DNA of 64,000 nt from Microcoleus sp. Aus8_D2 (GCF_036702665.1 NZ_JAUBUN010000017.1:41769-105768), one strand, 5' to 3'; positions 8,344 through 19,959 are shown, counted from the stretch's first letter. Made by a program: numbers and translations. The notes: a model not told the origin generated them from the letters alone.

Positions 8344-8867
8344 ATTACAAACCTTTTAAGTATTATAGCGAGCATCGCCAACCAAACACATCCCAAACGC
8401 ATACCAAACTCATAGTAACTGAAACCTATACACAGGCTGACTTTCCAGCTTTGAGTCTTTAAGATTAAAACATATTCAATCAAAGGTAGCCACGGTGAAA
8501 ACTAAATCTAATATCACACCCGCTAAACCCAAATCTACTCAAATGAGTCCTAAAAATACTCCTCCTCAAATTCCCCCAGTTTTCCAGCAAGTCTTCTTCA
8601 GCGTGATTTGTTTTACCTTACTTTCTGGAGGCGTGTGTGTATCGCTTGGTACTAAGGATAGTCTATCTCCCCAACAAGTTCGGATTTTTGAGAGTTGCAA
8701 TACGACTTGGAATATGGGCGTGGGTGCGATTTTTGGACTTTTGGGTAGTAAGGCTAGCGACTTATTTGGCCCGGATGATGAGGATGATGATGAGTAATCT
8801 GCAATCATTTATTAGCTGAAAGTGCGATCGCCCTTCGGTAAAAAGTGCGATCGCCCCAACACACAAA

Positions 8868-10682
8868 TTACGAATCGCGATCGAGCTTCAGCACAGCCAT
8901 AAAAGCCTCCTGCGGCACATCCACAGTACCAACAGACTTCATCCGCTTCTTACCCTTCGCCTGCTTTTGTAGCAACTTCTTCTTCCGCGAAATATCGCCG
9001 CCGTAACACTTCGCCAACACATCTTTCCGCAAAGCCGGAATATGTTCCGAAGCAATCACCTTAGCGCCAATAGTCGCTTGAATCGGCACCTTAAACTGGT
9101 GGCGGGGAATCAACTCCTTCAGTTTCTCCGTCAAGCCGCGCCCCACATTGTAAGCCTTATCCCGGTGCACGATCATCGCCAAAGCATCAACCGGATCGCC
9201 ATTAATTAAAATGTCCAATTTCACCAACGGATTTTCGCGATAACCGATGATGTGATACTCCATACTCGCATAACCGCGCGATCGCGATTTCATCTGATCG
9301 AAAAAGTCCGTCACCACCTCCGCCAAAGGTAACTCGTAAACCAAGGTAGTCCGCCCCTGACTCAGATACTTCATATCCATAAAAATGCCCCGCCGACTTT
9401 GAGATAACTCCATCAGCGCGCCCACATAAGTTTCCGGCGACAGCATTTCTACCCGCACGTAAGGTTCCTCAATCTTCTCCCGATACTGAGGATCTGGCAA
9501 GTGGCTCGGATTGTCAATTGTTAACACTTCTCCCTTGATTGTTGTGACTTGATAAACCACAGAAGGAGCCGTAACAATCAAATCCAAATTGTATTCTCTT
9601 TCCAGTCTTTCCTGCACAATTTCCATGTGCAGCAAACCCAAGAAACCGCAGCGGAAACCAAATCCCATCGCGCTAGAAGTTTCCGGTTCGTAGGAAAGCG
9701 CCGCATCGTTGAGTTCCAGTTTTTCCAAAGCTTCCCGCAAGTCGGGAAATTGGTCGGCATCGATCGGGAATAAGCCACAAAAAACCATCGGCTTAGCCTC
9801 CGTATAACCAGGCCAAGGCTCTGGTGCAGGCTTTTTGACCAAAGTAATCGTATCCCCGACGCGAGCATCAGCTACCGCCTTAATTGCCGCGCCTAGATAA
9901 CCAACTTCCCCCGCGTGCAATTCATCTACTTGTACTTGTGTCGGTGACAGGATGCCCAATTCATCAATGACATATTCCTTCCCCGAAACCATCAACAACA
10001 CCCGATCGCCCTTTTTAACACTTCCGTCCATCACCCGGAAATACACAATTACCCCGCGATAAGCATCGTAATAACTGTCAAAAATTAGCGCCCGCAGCGG
10101 TTTGTCAACAGTATCCTGCGGCGGCGGCACCAATTCGACGATCGCCTCCAAAATCTCATCAATACCAATTCCTTCCTTAGCCGAAGCCTCAATCGCCCCG
10201 CTACAGTCCAGACCGATAATTTCTTCAATTTCCCCTTTTACCCGTTCCGGTTCCGCTCCCGGTAGGTCAATTTTATTTAGAACCGGAATAATTTCCAAAT
10301 TGTTTCCCAAGGCAAGGTAGACATTTGCCAAGGTTTGTGCTTCCACGCCTTGAGATGCGTCTACCACCAGCAGCGCCCCTTCGCAAGCAGCGAGCGATCG
10401 CGAAACCTCGTAGGAGAAGTCAACGTGTCCGGGAGTGTCGATCAGGTTCAGCACGTACTCCTGACCGTCCTTGGCAGTGTAATTCATCCGAGCCGCTTGC
10501 AGCTTGATCGTAATGCCACGTTCGCGTTCGATATCCATATTGTCTAAAAACTGCTCCTTCATCTCCCGTGCTTGCACAGTTCCAGTCGCCTGCAACAGGC
10601 GATCGGCCAAAGTGGATTTTCCGTGGTCGATGTGAGCAATAATCGAAAAATTACGAATGCGAGATACAGGAACGTTTGTCAT
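8868..10682 (-). CDS. lepA: Translation elongation factor 4 (LepA/EF4)
   Basis: [30 protein letters not shown] (G1), DTPGHVDF (G3), NKID (G4) and LepA-specific C-terminal domain. The ORF finder's start at 10730 adds 16 non-conserved residues, so I prefer the ATG at 10682. Confidence 0.9.
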   Translation of the reverse strand: MTNVPVSRIRNFSIIAHIDHGKSTLADRLLQATGTVQAREMKEQFLDNMDIERERGITIKLQAARMNYTAKDGQEYVLNLIDTPGHVDFSYEVSRSLAACEGALLVVDASQGVEAQTLANVYLALGNNLEIIPVLNKIDLPGAEPERVKGEIEEIIGLDCSGAIEASAKEGIGIDEILEAIVELVPPPQDTVDKPLRALIFDSYYDAYRGVIVYFRVMDGSVKKGDRVLLMVSGKEYVIDELGILSPTQVQVDELHAGEVGYLGAAIKAVADARVGDTITLVKKPAPEPWPGYTEAKPMVFCGLFPIDADQFPDLREALEKLELNDAALSYEPETSSAMGFGFRCGFLGLLHMEIVQERLEREYNLDLIVTAPSVVYQVTTIKGEVLTIDNPSHLPDPQYREKIEEPYVRVEMLSPETYVGALMELSQSRRGIFMDMKYLSQGRTTLVYELPLAEVVTDFFDQMKSRSRGYASMEYHIIGYRENPLVKLDILINGDPVDALAMIVHRDKAYNVGRGLTEKLKELIPRHQFKVPIQATIGAKVIASEHIPALRKDVLAKCYGGDISRKKKLLQKQAKGKKRMKSVGTVDVPQEAFMAVLKLDRDS

Positions 10683-11429
10683 AAAACCTATCGGCAAAAG
10701 ATTGACTTTTGTTGTATTATAAAACTTCATTCAATCTACAGTCATTTATAGTCATTTAGAGACTTAGATACAATTTAATTTTTTCTCGGCTATGGGTTGA
10801 CATAGCCATTGTATTTATGCTATCTTGATTATCCCCTGTTGCTCCAAGACGCCCTCCCAGGAAAAAACTTTTCTCTCTGTTACTGTACAAAAAGCTGTTG
10901 AACGGTAGGGAATATTCCCGATCGCCAGCATCCGTCCTCCACCCCCAGCCCAGTCAGTCGATTTTCCATTTTTCCATTTTTCGATTTGAGATTTGAGACT
11001 TCGGCGTGAGACGTTCGGCGAGACGTTTAGCGAGCGCTAGAGGAGAGTCACGCTAGAGGAGAACGATTTGAGATTTACTTCTTGCAGCTCCGTGAATTTG
11101 GGAGCAGGAACTCGGATCTCAAATTTTGGGCGGCTCACGACGCTTGTACGTGGCACGGTATCGATTTTTGGGGTCAGGTTGTTCTATAGAGGGCGATCGC
11201 CAACTTAAAAATATTGGTGAGAAGTTGCTAGCGCTTGACAAGAAGCAGATAATTTGGTCAAATGACGGAAGCGGGACGGTAAGGGTGTAAAAAATATAGG
11301 TTTTCATCCGCTGTGCATCTCTACTAGAGGTAGGCCATCACTTCCTTCAACACACTTCCTTCAAAACAAAAAGGCGTAAATTCCTAGAAGGAATTGAAAC
11401 TAAAGAATTAAAACTAGGATTTTTTAACT

Positions 11430-11657
11430 ATGAGCGAGTCAAGTATACCCTCCCACAGTTCGTCAGAAAAAGTGGAACTGTCTATCCATATCGATTCTGA
11501 ACTGCTAGACCAAATTAAGCACTTGACAAATGACCCCAGCAAAGTCATTGAAACAGCAATCAAGCAGTGGCTCAGAGGCGAGCGTCGCGAAGACGATCAG
11601 GCTATGAGTTTGCGCCGCACCCCCCCAGTCCCGCCCCGTGGCGAGTGGAACGACTGA
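11430..11657 (+). CDS. Hypothetical small protein (75 aa), weak RHH/CopG-like resemblance
   Basis: ORF only. ELLDQIKHLTNDPSKVIETAIKQWL is faintly RHH-antitoxin-like. Followed by an ~830-bp repeat-containing non-coding leader. Confidence 0.25.
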   Translation: MSESSIPSHSSSEKVELSIHIDSELLDQIKHLTNDPSKVIETAIKQWLRGERREDDQAMSLRRTPPVPPRGEWND

Positions 11658-12490
11658 GGTTCTCTCCTGTCAAAGCCGGAGACGCGCCAATCTGCTGGCT
11701 ATGAAATTTATGGGTGTGAAATTTCGATCGCGCGAGCTCCGGCTTCGAGTTCCGGCAGATTTCAGGGCGAAAGCTACAGGTTGTTCGGAGCGAACTGGGC
11801 TAACTTAAAACCTCGGAACTCTTCTATTGTGACGGACAAAATGCGATCGGCAGTCCTCGACTTGAATTGTTCGCAGCCTCAAATTTTGGCTAAATTTTCA
11901 AACGAGATCGTTAATCAGTGCAGACTACTAATTCCTAAATCTTAATTTTGCTTTGTTAATTACCCAAAACGGCTGACAACAAATAGTTGTGGGTTTTGAG
12001 TTAAGTTGTGAATTAAAGAATTCAGATTTTTTTTAGTTCATTAATAACTCAAAACGCAATGGCAGAAGCGTAAAAAAGTTGTGAAGAGTGAGTTTTGAGC
12101 TGTGAAATTATTAATTAAAGAGGCGACAACTTTTTAGTTAATTAAGATAGCAACCGCGCCCGAAAGTTAGGAAGCTCTTAATTACTGAAACATGAACTCT
12201 GATATTGTTTATTCCTTCTTCCGCCGACCTGCAGGACTTCTTCTTTCTGCGATCGCTCACAAATTAACGGTCGAAGCCCAAAACAATTTTGAGTCTTGAG
12301 TTGAGAATTATAGCAACCGCGCCCGACGGTGAGAAGGTTCTTAATGGCCATTTCCCCCTGCGGTCGAGTGCCGATCTCGCGAGGATAACTAAAGCCCGAT
12401 TTCGCGACGATAACTAAAGCCTTCTGACTTCAACATCTGCTAGAAAAACATAAAATTAATAAATCAGAACTACTTTCATCCCCAACTCTG

Positions 12491-14386
12491 ATGGACTCTA
12501 ACACCGATTTCCGGCGATCGAGCCTCGCCTCTACAGCCTTTTTTCAAGAGTTAGGGGCAGAATTAGTATTTACCCAAGACGCCAGGGGTCGATACCTATC
12601 TTTTTACTGGCAAAAAGCCGAGCACTATAACCTTAAAGCAGAGCAAATTGTCGATCGCCCTCTCAGGGAAACCCTGCAACCGATCGCCCCTGCGCCTTAT
12701 CTCCATCGGCTGCGGCGGGCGCTCGAAACCCTCGTACCGCAACGGTTCAGCTATCCATTTTGCCACGCCGGACAATATTTTCTCTTCGACTTGACAGTCA
12801 CTCCGGCGATCGACTCAAACGGCAAAGCTACAAAAGTCTTAGTTATGGGCAGGCTGCTGTCTGACAAACCCGCAGAATTGCCGGCAGATTCCCCAGAATT
12901 CATGCCATATCCAGCTTTGCCATCTTCCTCAGACGCTAGCCAACAAATCCTGTATCCAGCCAGCCTCATCGGTAGAGCCCTCACTCCCTACTCGGAAATC
13001 GATCGCAAAATCATCTCCCAAATCGCTCAAAACCTGCACAGAACCCTCGACTTAGAGACAATTTGGCAGCAAACAGTCAACAGTTTGGGTGAAGTTTTGA
13101 ACGCGAGCCGCTGCATCATCTGTTCCTCCAAAAAAGACAGCGACAACCTCGAATCCTCCCCCTTCACTACCTCGGAAAATCAACCAAATTCTCCAGCCCC
13201 AGCAGCCGAATTGCAACAGTCAATTGCCAGCGATCGATCGCCCCCGCTTTCTGCTGCTCAAATTGAAAGTCTCCAATCGAAAACTTTTAAAGTAGTAGCT
13301 GAGTACCGCCAAGAAGCTTACTCTTCGATGCTGGGATTAGAACTGCGCGCAGCCGAACAGCCGGGGTGGATTCAAACTTTAGCCACCTTAAAACCCGTAG
13401 CAATCGATTACGCCTCCCCCATCGCCGATCGCTTCGATCGCCATTCCGTACTCGTAGCAGCTACCTCCTATGAAGACCAACCCAATGCACTAATCAGTTT
13501 GCACCGCTGCGGCAATTCCCCGAAATGGAGTCCTGTCGAACTCGAATTCGCCCGCGAGTTAGTTGCTCAAGTCGGCAGCGCGATCGCCCACGCTACACTG
13601 TACCAAGAATTAGAACAAGCCCGCGCCGAAGCCGTCGCTCTTTCCCAACTTAAAAGTCAATTTCTTGCCAATACTTCCCACGAACTCCGCACGCCCCTCA
13701 ACGGCATCCTCGGCTTCCTGAAACTGGTTATGGACGGCATGGCAGATGACCCCGAAGAAGCGCACCAATTTATCGAAGAAGCTTATCGATCGGCATTACA
13801 CTTGTTGAATGTGATTAACGATATTTTGGAGATCGCTAAAATTGAAGCTGGCAAAATGGAGTTAGACTTCGCTCCCGTCAAACTCGGCGAACTTTTGCAG
13901 CAAGTTGAGAATTTTACGCGAGTTCAAGTGCAGCAAAAGCGATTGCAATTTCAAATCAAAACACCCGCTGCCGAGGACGAGATTATGTTGTACGGCAACT
14001 ACCAACGCCTGCTTCAGGTAATTTTGAACCTCACGGGAAATGCGATTAAATTTACCGGGGAAGGAGGAATTCGCATCAGTGCCGAAGTTATTAAGAAAAA
14101 AGTCACTGTTAACAACCAGGAGTTACCCGGAATAGTGAAAATCCGAGTTGCTGATACGGGCATTGGGGTTTCTCTGGACAAACAAGATAAATTATTTGAG
14201 TCATTTTTTCAGGTAGACGGCGAGCGTACCAGGCAATACGGCGGTACCGGTTTGGGATTGGCTATTTCTCAAAAACTGATTGAAGCAATGGGGGGTACAG
14301 TAAATTTTTACAGTATGGGGGAAGGACTCGGATCTACTGTTACTTTTACTGTGCCGCTTTATCAAGAACCGCTCTTTAAAAATTAA
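12491..14386 (+). CDS. Sensor histidine kinase (PAS-like / GAF / HisKA / HATPase_c)
   Basis: H-box LKSQFLANTSHELRTPLNGILGF, N-box LNLTGNAIKFT, G1 DTGIGV and G2 GGTGLGLAISQKLIEAMGG. GAF-like region upstream. Confidence 0.85.
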   Translation: MDSNTDFRRSSLASTAFFQELGAELVFTQDARGRYLSFYWQKAEHYNLKAEQIVDRPLRETLQPIAPAPYLHRLRRALETLVPQRFSYPFCHAGQYFLFDLTVTPAIDSNGKATKVLVMGRLLSDKPAELPADSPEFMPYPALPSSSDASQQILYPASLIGRALTPYSEIDRKIISQIAQNLHRTLDLETIWQQTVNSLGEVLNASRCIICSSKKDSDNLESSPFTTSENQPNSPAPAAELQQSIASDRSPPLSAAQIESLQSKTFKVVAEYRQEAYSSMLGLELRAAEQPGWIQTLATLKPVAIDYASPIADRFDRHSVLVAATSYEDQPNALISLHRCGNSPKWSPVELEFARELVAQVGSAIAHATLYQELEQARAEAVALSQLKSQFLANTSHELRTPLNGILGFLKLVMDGMADDPEEAHQFIEEAYRSALHLLNVINDILEIAKIEAGKMELDFAPVKLGELLQQVENFTRVQVQQKRLQFQIKTPAAEDEIMLYGNYQRLLQVILNLTGNAIKFTGEGGIRISAEVIKKKVTVNNQELPGIVKIRVADTGIGVSLDKQDKLFESFFQVDGERTRQYGGTGLGLAISQKLIEAMGGTVNFYSMGEGLGSTVTFTVPLYQEPLFKN

Positions 14387-14395
14387 TCATCGGTC

Positions 14396-14455
14396 ATAGG
14401 TCATAGGTCATGGGTCATGGGTCATGGGTCATGGGTCATGGGTCATTTTACCCAG
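14396..14455. repeat. STRR-type heptamer tandem repeat (GGTCATG/GGTCATA x ~8)
   Basis: ggtcataggtcataggtcatgggtcatgggtcatgggtcatgggtcatgggtcat, read directly. Confidence 0.9.
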
Positions 14456-14546
14456 AGCGAAGTCGAAGGGTGGTCATTGGTCATTGGTAATCGGGCAATA
14501 TGGTTCAGTTCTGGGTTGTCCGAAGAGAGGAACCCTCATTTTATTA

Positions 14547-14700
14547 AAACTTTTGTGGGGTGGGCATCTTGCCCGCCCCAAACACAGGCTAATTTGAGAA
14601 AAACTCTTGTGGGGTGGGCATCCTGCCCGCCCCAAACACAGGCTAATTTGAGAAAAACTCTTGTGGGGTCGGTATCCTGGCGGCCCCAAATATCCAAACT
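14547..14700. repeat. Tandem repeat, ~2.7 copies of a 57-bp unit containing the hairpin GGGGTGGGCAtctTGCCCGCCCC
   Basis: gtggggtgggcatcttgcccgccccaaacacaggctaatttgagaaaaactctt at 14563 and 14620, degenerate third copy. Same hairpin core recurs at 39778..39843. Confidence 0.85.
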
Positions 14701-15488
14701 AAATGCAATACAGCTTATCCCAAGCGTATTGGCTCGCCGGCACGAACCAGTTTCAGGGATTTGACGGATTTAACGGATGGATGCTGAGAGCGGAAGTTCG
14801 AGGTAACAAGTCAGAGCAAATCAGCAAGAAGCAAAACTTTTCCCCGCACCCAAAGGAGGGAATAAGCAAGAAGCAAGAGGTAAAAAACAGCTATAGCTGT
14901 TCTCAACTTTGGTGTATTGCCAGTTGTCTTACCAATTCACTGACCAATTACCAATGACCAATTATGACATGACAAATCTGTATATTACTCGCTTAATAAT
15001 GTCGGGAGCAGTGTATCCCTGAGTACCAATTAGTGAATAAAAGTAATCCATATTTTATAATTTCCCTCCAAACATAGTTCGATCGTCCACCGCAGTATCG
15101 ATTTTTACTTTATCCGCACCCAATATCCCTTCTTCGGTGTTTTGGTCTGAGACCGATCGCGCCCACCGCTTCCTAGCCCACGCAAAATTCGCATCAATGG
15201 TATGAGGAGGGTAGGATAACAGATCGTCTCGATCTGTCTCCTGGGGATCGCACCTGCGAATAAACCCCCCATAGGACTGATTTAACTTCCACAGCCCCTA
15301 ATGTAAAGTTGTATTAAAAATACTTGACGCATTCAATTTTATGTGAGAATTCTAAATATATTGTAAAGATACTAAAAATACCTAGTATTTTTTTACAGGG
15401 TGTGGCAACATTCAAGTGTAATTACGCAAGCCCCTATTTGGACAGTTTGCACCTGGCAAATTAAGTAAATTTCTGCTGTGTTGGTGGA

Positions 15489-16340
15489 GTGTTAGACTTT
15501 TGCCAGTCTAGTAGTAAAAGGGTTGCTATGAATCAGCAAATATCAGCTCAATCGCAAAAACTTTTGCTCCAAATTGGCAGAAAGATTCGTCGAACTTTGG
15601 ATCTCGATACCATTTGGCAGCAAACAGTTAACTCTCTGGGACAAACATTAGGTGTCAGCCGCTGCACCATTTGTCCCTATCCAAGTTTTAGCCAGCAAGT
15701 TAAAGTAGCTGCCGAATACTGCCAAAAACCATTTTTACCCATGTTGGGAGTGGAAATCTCGCTGACATCAGCACCTCATATCAAGGAAGCTCTAGCCACC
15801 CTCAAACCGGTGGTAGTAGAATCGTTAGGAGCCAACGATCCTTTCGATCGGCACTCGGTGCTAGTAGTGGCTACGGCTTATCAAAACCAACCTAATGGCA
15901 TAATTAGCTTGCATCGGTGCGAGGGCGGATTGTCGGGGAATGATGGTAATGCCGATCGACCTTGGACTCAAGGCCAGATCGAATTCGTAGAAGAACTTGC
16001 CGATCAAGTCGGAAGTGCGATCGCCCTAGCCACGCTCTACCAAGAACGCAGCCAGCGAGCACAAGAACTGTCCCAGCTCAAAAAGGAGTTTTTGTCAACC
16101 GCATCCCACGAGCTGCGCACTCCACTAAATCACATTATTGGCTATCTACAACTAACTGTAGACGATATGGCGGACGATCCAATAGAGGAGAGAGCTTTTA
16201 TCCAGCAAGCTCACAGTTCGGCTTTGCACCTTTCTAAGGTAATTGGTAATGTCTTAGATTGTATTGACTCTAGTAAAGCTTGTCAGGCTCACGTAGAGTT
16301 AGACGCTTTGAGGAGCCAGCAAAAATCTCTACACCAGTAA
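15489..16340 (+). CDS. Truncated paralog of the 12491 kinase: GAF + HisKA only, no HATPase_c catalytic domain (possible pseudogene or HisKA-only regulator). Likely start at 15528.
   Basis: TLDLDTIWQQTVNSLGQTLGVSRCTIC, DPFDRHSVLVVATAYQNQPNGIISLHRC and LKKEFLSTASHELRTPLNHIIGYL are collinear with the 12491 kinase at ~50% identity. ORF stops right after the HisKA helix. No ATPase-domain coding potential downstream. Confidence 0.55.
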   Translation: MLDFCQSSSKRVAMNQQISAQSQKLLLQIGRKIRRTLDLDTIWQQTVNSLGQTLGVSRCTICPYPSFSQQVKVAAEYCQKPFLPMLGVEISLTSAPHIKEALATLKPVVVESLGANDPFDRHSVLVVATAYQNQPNGIISLHRCEGGLSGNDGNADRPWTQGQIEFVEELADQVGSAIALATLYQERSQRAQELSQLKKEFLSTASHELRTPLNHIIGYLQLTVDDMADDPIEERAFIQQAHSSALHLSKVIGNVLDCIDSSKACQAHVELDALRSQQKSLHQ

Positions 16341-16571
16341 AGATTTAATTCCCGCATTCAAAAAGTTGAATATTTATCATGCAGACAAGTCTTCTGCCTC
16401 GAAAATCTGACACTTGCATCTATAGATTTGCTCAATAACTTCGATGGCACGTTACTAAATTATTTTTAGGTCATTAGGATTTTGTCTAGCACAGCATAGT
16501 AACGAATAAAGGTAACATCAGGGTGTATTTATTATATTATGTGCGATTTATCGACCGCTCAAATAGCTTTG

Positions 16572-16628
16572 TAGTGAGGAGTCCGTCCTCATAAAACTCA
16601 GAAAACGGACTTCCTTACTACAACGCTA
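16572..16628. repeat. Hairpin repeat of the GTAGTGAGGA(C/G)T family
   Basis: gtagtgaggagtccgt ... acggacttccttactac inverted arms. Related copies at 32721..32890 and 39693..39720. Confidence 0.6.
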
Positions 16629-16868
16629 TAACGGTTATTTTACTGGAGATGATATCGGCAGCAGAAGATTGCTGCTTGGCAGTTGTAATTGTTTTTAATA
16701 CCAATTTAAAAAATTGCTGCTACGGTTATTAACCGTATAGAAATTATCTGTCCGGCAGGCCTAACTCTCGGCCGGACACGGCGCCCTGCCGTTTCCCTAC
16801 AGGTGAAAATTTCTAATTTCTGATTCTGCAAAATTTCTTCAAATTGGTATAACTTATGCTTAAGGGAA

Positions 16869-18464
16869 TTACCGATCGCCATTTTTTTTCTGGGTTGGCG
16901 GGCGGCTGACATAGCGCGCCCAAAAAGGTTCTTCCATATTTTTCAACGATGCTAGTTTTTGGCGCTCCTCCTCTATGCGCTTGCGTTCTGAAAGGTCAGA
17001 AAATATGTTGATACTGCCTAGTGTCTCGCCACCTGCATCTTGTACGGGTGTGGCCCAAAGCCAAAGATCGATCGAACTACCATCTTTTTTCAACAAAGAT
17101 ACTTCCAAACCGTTTTCCGGTTTGCCATTACCCACAGACTTCAGCAGCGCGTAGAAATCCTGCTTTTGTCCTTCAGGAATATTCGGCAATGGTTGCCCCA
17201 AAACCTCAGCAGCAGTCCAGCCAAAAAGTTCTTCGGCGGCGCGGTTCCAGACCAGGGTGCTGCCGTCATTGCTGGTACAATTAATCGCCAAGGGTGCCGA
17301 TGCTATCTGCGCTTGCAAAACTTCATTAACAAGTTGCTGTTTCAACTCTACTTGCTTGCGATCGGTAATTTCCTGACAAGCGCCCCACAAACGGACAACC
17401 CGCCCTTCAGTTTTGTCCCAAACCGCTTGCCAGGAGTCCCGCACCCAGCGCACACCACCATTTTTGTTAACAATGCGATACTCATTGACCCCCATACTTC
17501 TAGAAGTACACCCTTCTAATTGTTTAATTAACATTTCCCTGTCATCAGGGTGAACGATATTTGAGCTCCACCAGCCCGACGCAATTAACTCTTCAGGAAG
17601 ATGACCGCTGACGCGCGCCAAAGCTTCCGTTACCCACTCACAAACAAAGTTACCGTTGGGAAGTGCCTGAAAAGAATAGGCAAAATCCGAAGTAATCTGT
17701 GACATAATTTGGTAGTGCCGTTGCGACTCCAGGACTGCGCTTTCTGCTTGCTTGCGTTCCCCAATTTCCCGAGAAACAATCATAATTCCCTGCACGGTAG
17801 AATCGTGAAGCAAACTGTTGCCGATCGCCTCAAAGTAGATCCAAGAACCCTCAGCATGACGTTTGCGATATTCAATTTTACCCCCAACTCCAGGAAATTC
17901 TAGCAACTTGCCAAAATATGCCTTCCAATTCAGCAAATCGTCTGGATGCATTAACTCGCCGTGAAACTTGCCAATTCTCTCTTCTGGCTTGTAACCCAAA
18001 ACTCGCTCTAGGGCTGCGCTGTGATATCGGACTCGCCCGTCGGAGCCGACAATGGTAATTAGATCGGGGGAATTGCGAAGCGTAGCTTGAAGTTTCGCTT
18101 CGCTTTTAGTTAATGCTTGATTCTCCCTGCGGTGCTGGCGGATTTCTTCGTTCAACTGCTCTTGTAGCTTTCTGAGTTGCGCCACTTGCTGGGTGACAGT
18201 GCGTTCTAAAAGGCGATTTAAATTTTCCGCCTCAACTAACTTTGCAGCATTATGTGTCGCGCTTTCAAACTGGCGGCTGGCTGCCAGTTCTTGCAAACAA
18301 TTTGATAAATCTTCCACGGCTTTTGTCAAAATTGCCTGTTGCGGCGGTGGCAATTTGCTAGCTTGTTCTTGCAAATTTTCTAAGTGTTTGTAGACTGTTT
18401 CTAGCATTTTATTAATGAGGGAATCTGATAGTTGCCACAGGTGCAAATTCTCAAAAGCGGACAC
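16869..18464 (-). CDS. PAS/PAC-only signalling protein (N-terminal coiled coil + three PAS domains, no output domain)
   Basis: Repeated PAS/PAC cores (DLITIVGSDGRVRYHS..., SQITSDFAYSFQ...VRWVRDSWQAVWD, LAINCTSNDGSTLVWNRAAEELFGW...). Ends without kinase or GGDEF domain. Confidence 0.7.
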   Translation of the reverse strand: MSAFENLHLWQLSDSLINKMLETVYKHLENLQEQASKLPPPQQAILTKAVEDLSNCLQELAASRQFESATHNAAKLVEAENLNRLLERTVTQQVAQLRKLQEQLNEEIRQHRRENQALTKSEAKLQATLRNSPDLITIVGSDGRVRYHSAALERVLGYKPEERIGKFHGELMHPDDLLNWKAYFGKLLEFPGVGGKIEYRKRHAEGSWIYFEAIGNSLLHDSTVQGIMIVSREIGERKQAESAVLESQRHYQIMSQITSDFAYSFQALPNGNFVCEWVTEALARVSGHLPEELIASGWWSSNIVHPDDREMLIKQLEGCTSRSMGVNEYRIVNKNGGVRWVRDSWQAVWDKTEGRVVRLWGACQEITDRKQVELKQQLVNEVLQAQIASAPLAINCTSNDGSTLVWNRAAEELFGWTAAEVLGQPLPNIPEGQKQDFYALLKSVGNGKPENGLEVSLLKKDGSSIDLWLWATPVQDAGGETLGSINIFSDLSERKRIEEERQKLASLKNMEEPFWARYVSRPPTQKKNGDR

Positions 18465-19870
18465 AAGTTTTTTCTAGATAACCTATAAGTGACATACTCC
18501 CACATCAATCTGAGTACAGATATGATGCGGGCTTCTCAGTGACTCCAGCGATTGCTATCTCCTTCGGAGACGCTTCGCTAACGGACGTTAACTGAGCTTT
18601 AAGAACGGAATGCCCTACCGCTCTGTTTTTGATATTAATAGCTGCATTACGATCGCGGTCAAGAGAGCACCCACAATGAGGACAGTCATGCCAACGAATA
18701 TGCAGTTTTTTGGGTACTTTCTCGCCACAATCAGAGCAATTTTGTGAGGTATTGTGAGCGCTGACTGGGACTACCGACAAACCAGCATTTACGGCTTTGC
18801 TGGCCAGTATCAACAGAAAGCTTGACCACCCAGCATCCAACACAGATTTAGCCAATCGGGTTCGAGCTAGCCCTTTGACGTTTAAATTCTCATGTGCAAT
18901 TACGTCATATTTTGATAGCAACCAATTCACTGTCTTGAAGTGAAAATCTTTCCGTTTGTCTGCAACTTTTTTGTGTTGTTTCCCCAGTTGCTTGACTGCT
19001 TTCTGCCTGCGGGCACTGCCTTTTTTACGGCGTGACACGCGCTTCTGGATCGTTCGCAAGCGTTTTTGAGCTTTACGGTAATGTTGGGGAATAGCAACGG
19101 TTTCACCAAGAGAAGTTGTCAATAATTCTTTCAAACCCATATCAATCCCAGTAATGTTATCTGGATTGAAATCTGGCTTGATTTCCGGTACTGCTTTATC
19201 TTCGAGTGAAAGCGTTACGTAATATCCATCAGCTTTTTTGGTAACGGAAGCCGTTTTCACCTGATACCCGTCTGGTATGGGGCGATGTAGAACTACCTTG
19301 ACTTTACCGAACATCGGTAAGTTAATCCGATTACCCTGCAAGCATCCCTCTTTCATCTGGGGATAGGTAAAGGTTTTGTAGCGGTTGCGAGATTTAAACC
19401 TTGGTTGGCCACTGCGTTTACCGTTACTGTCGCCTTTGAGAAATCTGTCAAATGTTACCTTAACTCGTTTGACTGCATCCTGAAGTACTTGTGAATTGAT
19501 TTGGGAGTACCAAGGATGAGTTTTATTGAGTTGGGGTAGAGTCTTTTTCTGGCTGAAATAGTCTGGGTTGTCCCTTAACTCAGGAAGATGACAAACCAAT
19601 GGACAAGCGTTAACAGGAGAGCGATTTTGCTCGTACCAGTTGAATCGATCGGCCAACAAGTAATTGTACTGGGCGCACAACATTGACAACCACCTGTCTA
19701 GCTCTGTGGTTTGGTATTTTGTTGGTCGAAGTTTGTACTGGTAAGCTGTTCTCATTTGCTTGTCTCCTTGCTGATGATGGTAGCATTAATGTATTGGCAA
19801 TGGCAACACAACATCACAGACAAAAACCTGCATATTCGACTATTTGAGCAAAGGCTCAACCAGACAGCGG
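18465..19870 (-). mobile_element. IS200/IS605-family element of the IS1341 type (tnpB only, no tnpA). Boundaries approximate.
   Basis: Single TnpB ORF with non-coding flanks. Expected omega/reRNA region overlaps the tnpB 3' end near 18380..18560. Ends not precisely definable without other copies. Confidence 0.5.
18505..19755 (-). CDS. tnpB: TnpB (OrfB) RNA-guided endonuclease of IS200/IS605 family
   Basis: 416 aa. RuvC-I GIDMGL, RuvC-II IAHENLN, zinc finger CSDCGEKV...CPHCG, Ruv[15 protein letters not shown]-terminal [12 protein letters not shown] typical of TnpB. Confidence 0.9.
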   Translation of the reverse strand: MRTAYQYKLRPTKYQTTELDRWLSMLCAQYNYLLADRFNWYEQNRSPVNACPLVCHLPELRDNPDYFSQKKTLPQLNKTHPWYSQINSQVLQDAVKRVKVTFDRFLKGDSNGKRSGQPRFKSRNRYKTFTYPQMKEGCLQGNRINLPMFGKVKVVLHRPIPDGYQVKTASVTKKADGYYVTLSLEDKAVPEIKPDFNPDNITGIDMGLKELLTTSLGETVAIPQHYRKAQKRLRTIQKRVSRRKKGSARRQKAVKQLGKQHKKVADKRKDFHFKTVNWLLSKYDVIAHENLNVKGLARTRLAKSVLDAGWSSFLLILASKAVNAGLSVVPVSAHNTSQNCSDCGEKVPKKLHIRWHDCPHCGCSLDRDRNAAINIKNRAVGHSVLKAQLTSVSEASPKEIAIAGVTEKPASYLYSD

Positions 19871-19959
19871 ACTATAGCTAGTGCAAAGCGAAAAAACGAT
19901 CGCTCAGATGGTAGAAGAGTGGATCGATCGTCTGTCCAATACATCTATTGACTGACTCC

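Noticed and set aside
8495-8819. ORFs 8495..8797 and 8637..8819 (+) upstream of lepA
   Set aside because: Low-complexity sequence with a poly-acidic tail from an (atgatg)n run. No motifs, so not called.
14417-14957. ORFs 14417..14764, 14474..14689 and 14703..14957
   Set aside because: They overlap the heptamer and 57-bp repeat block. No RBS or conserved features.
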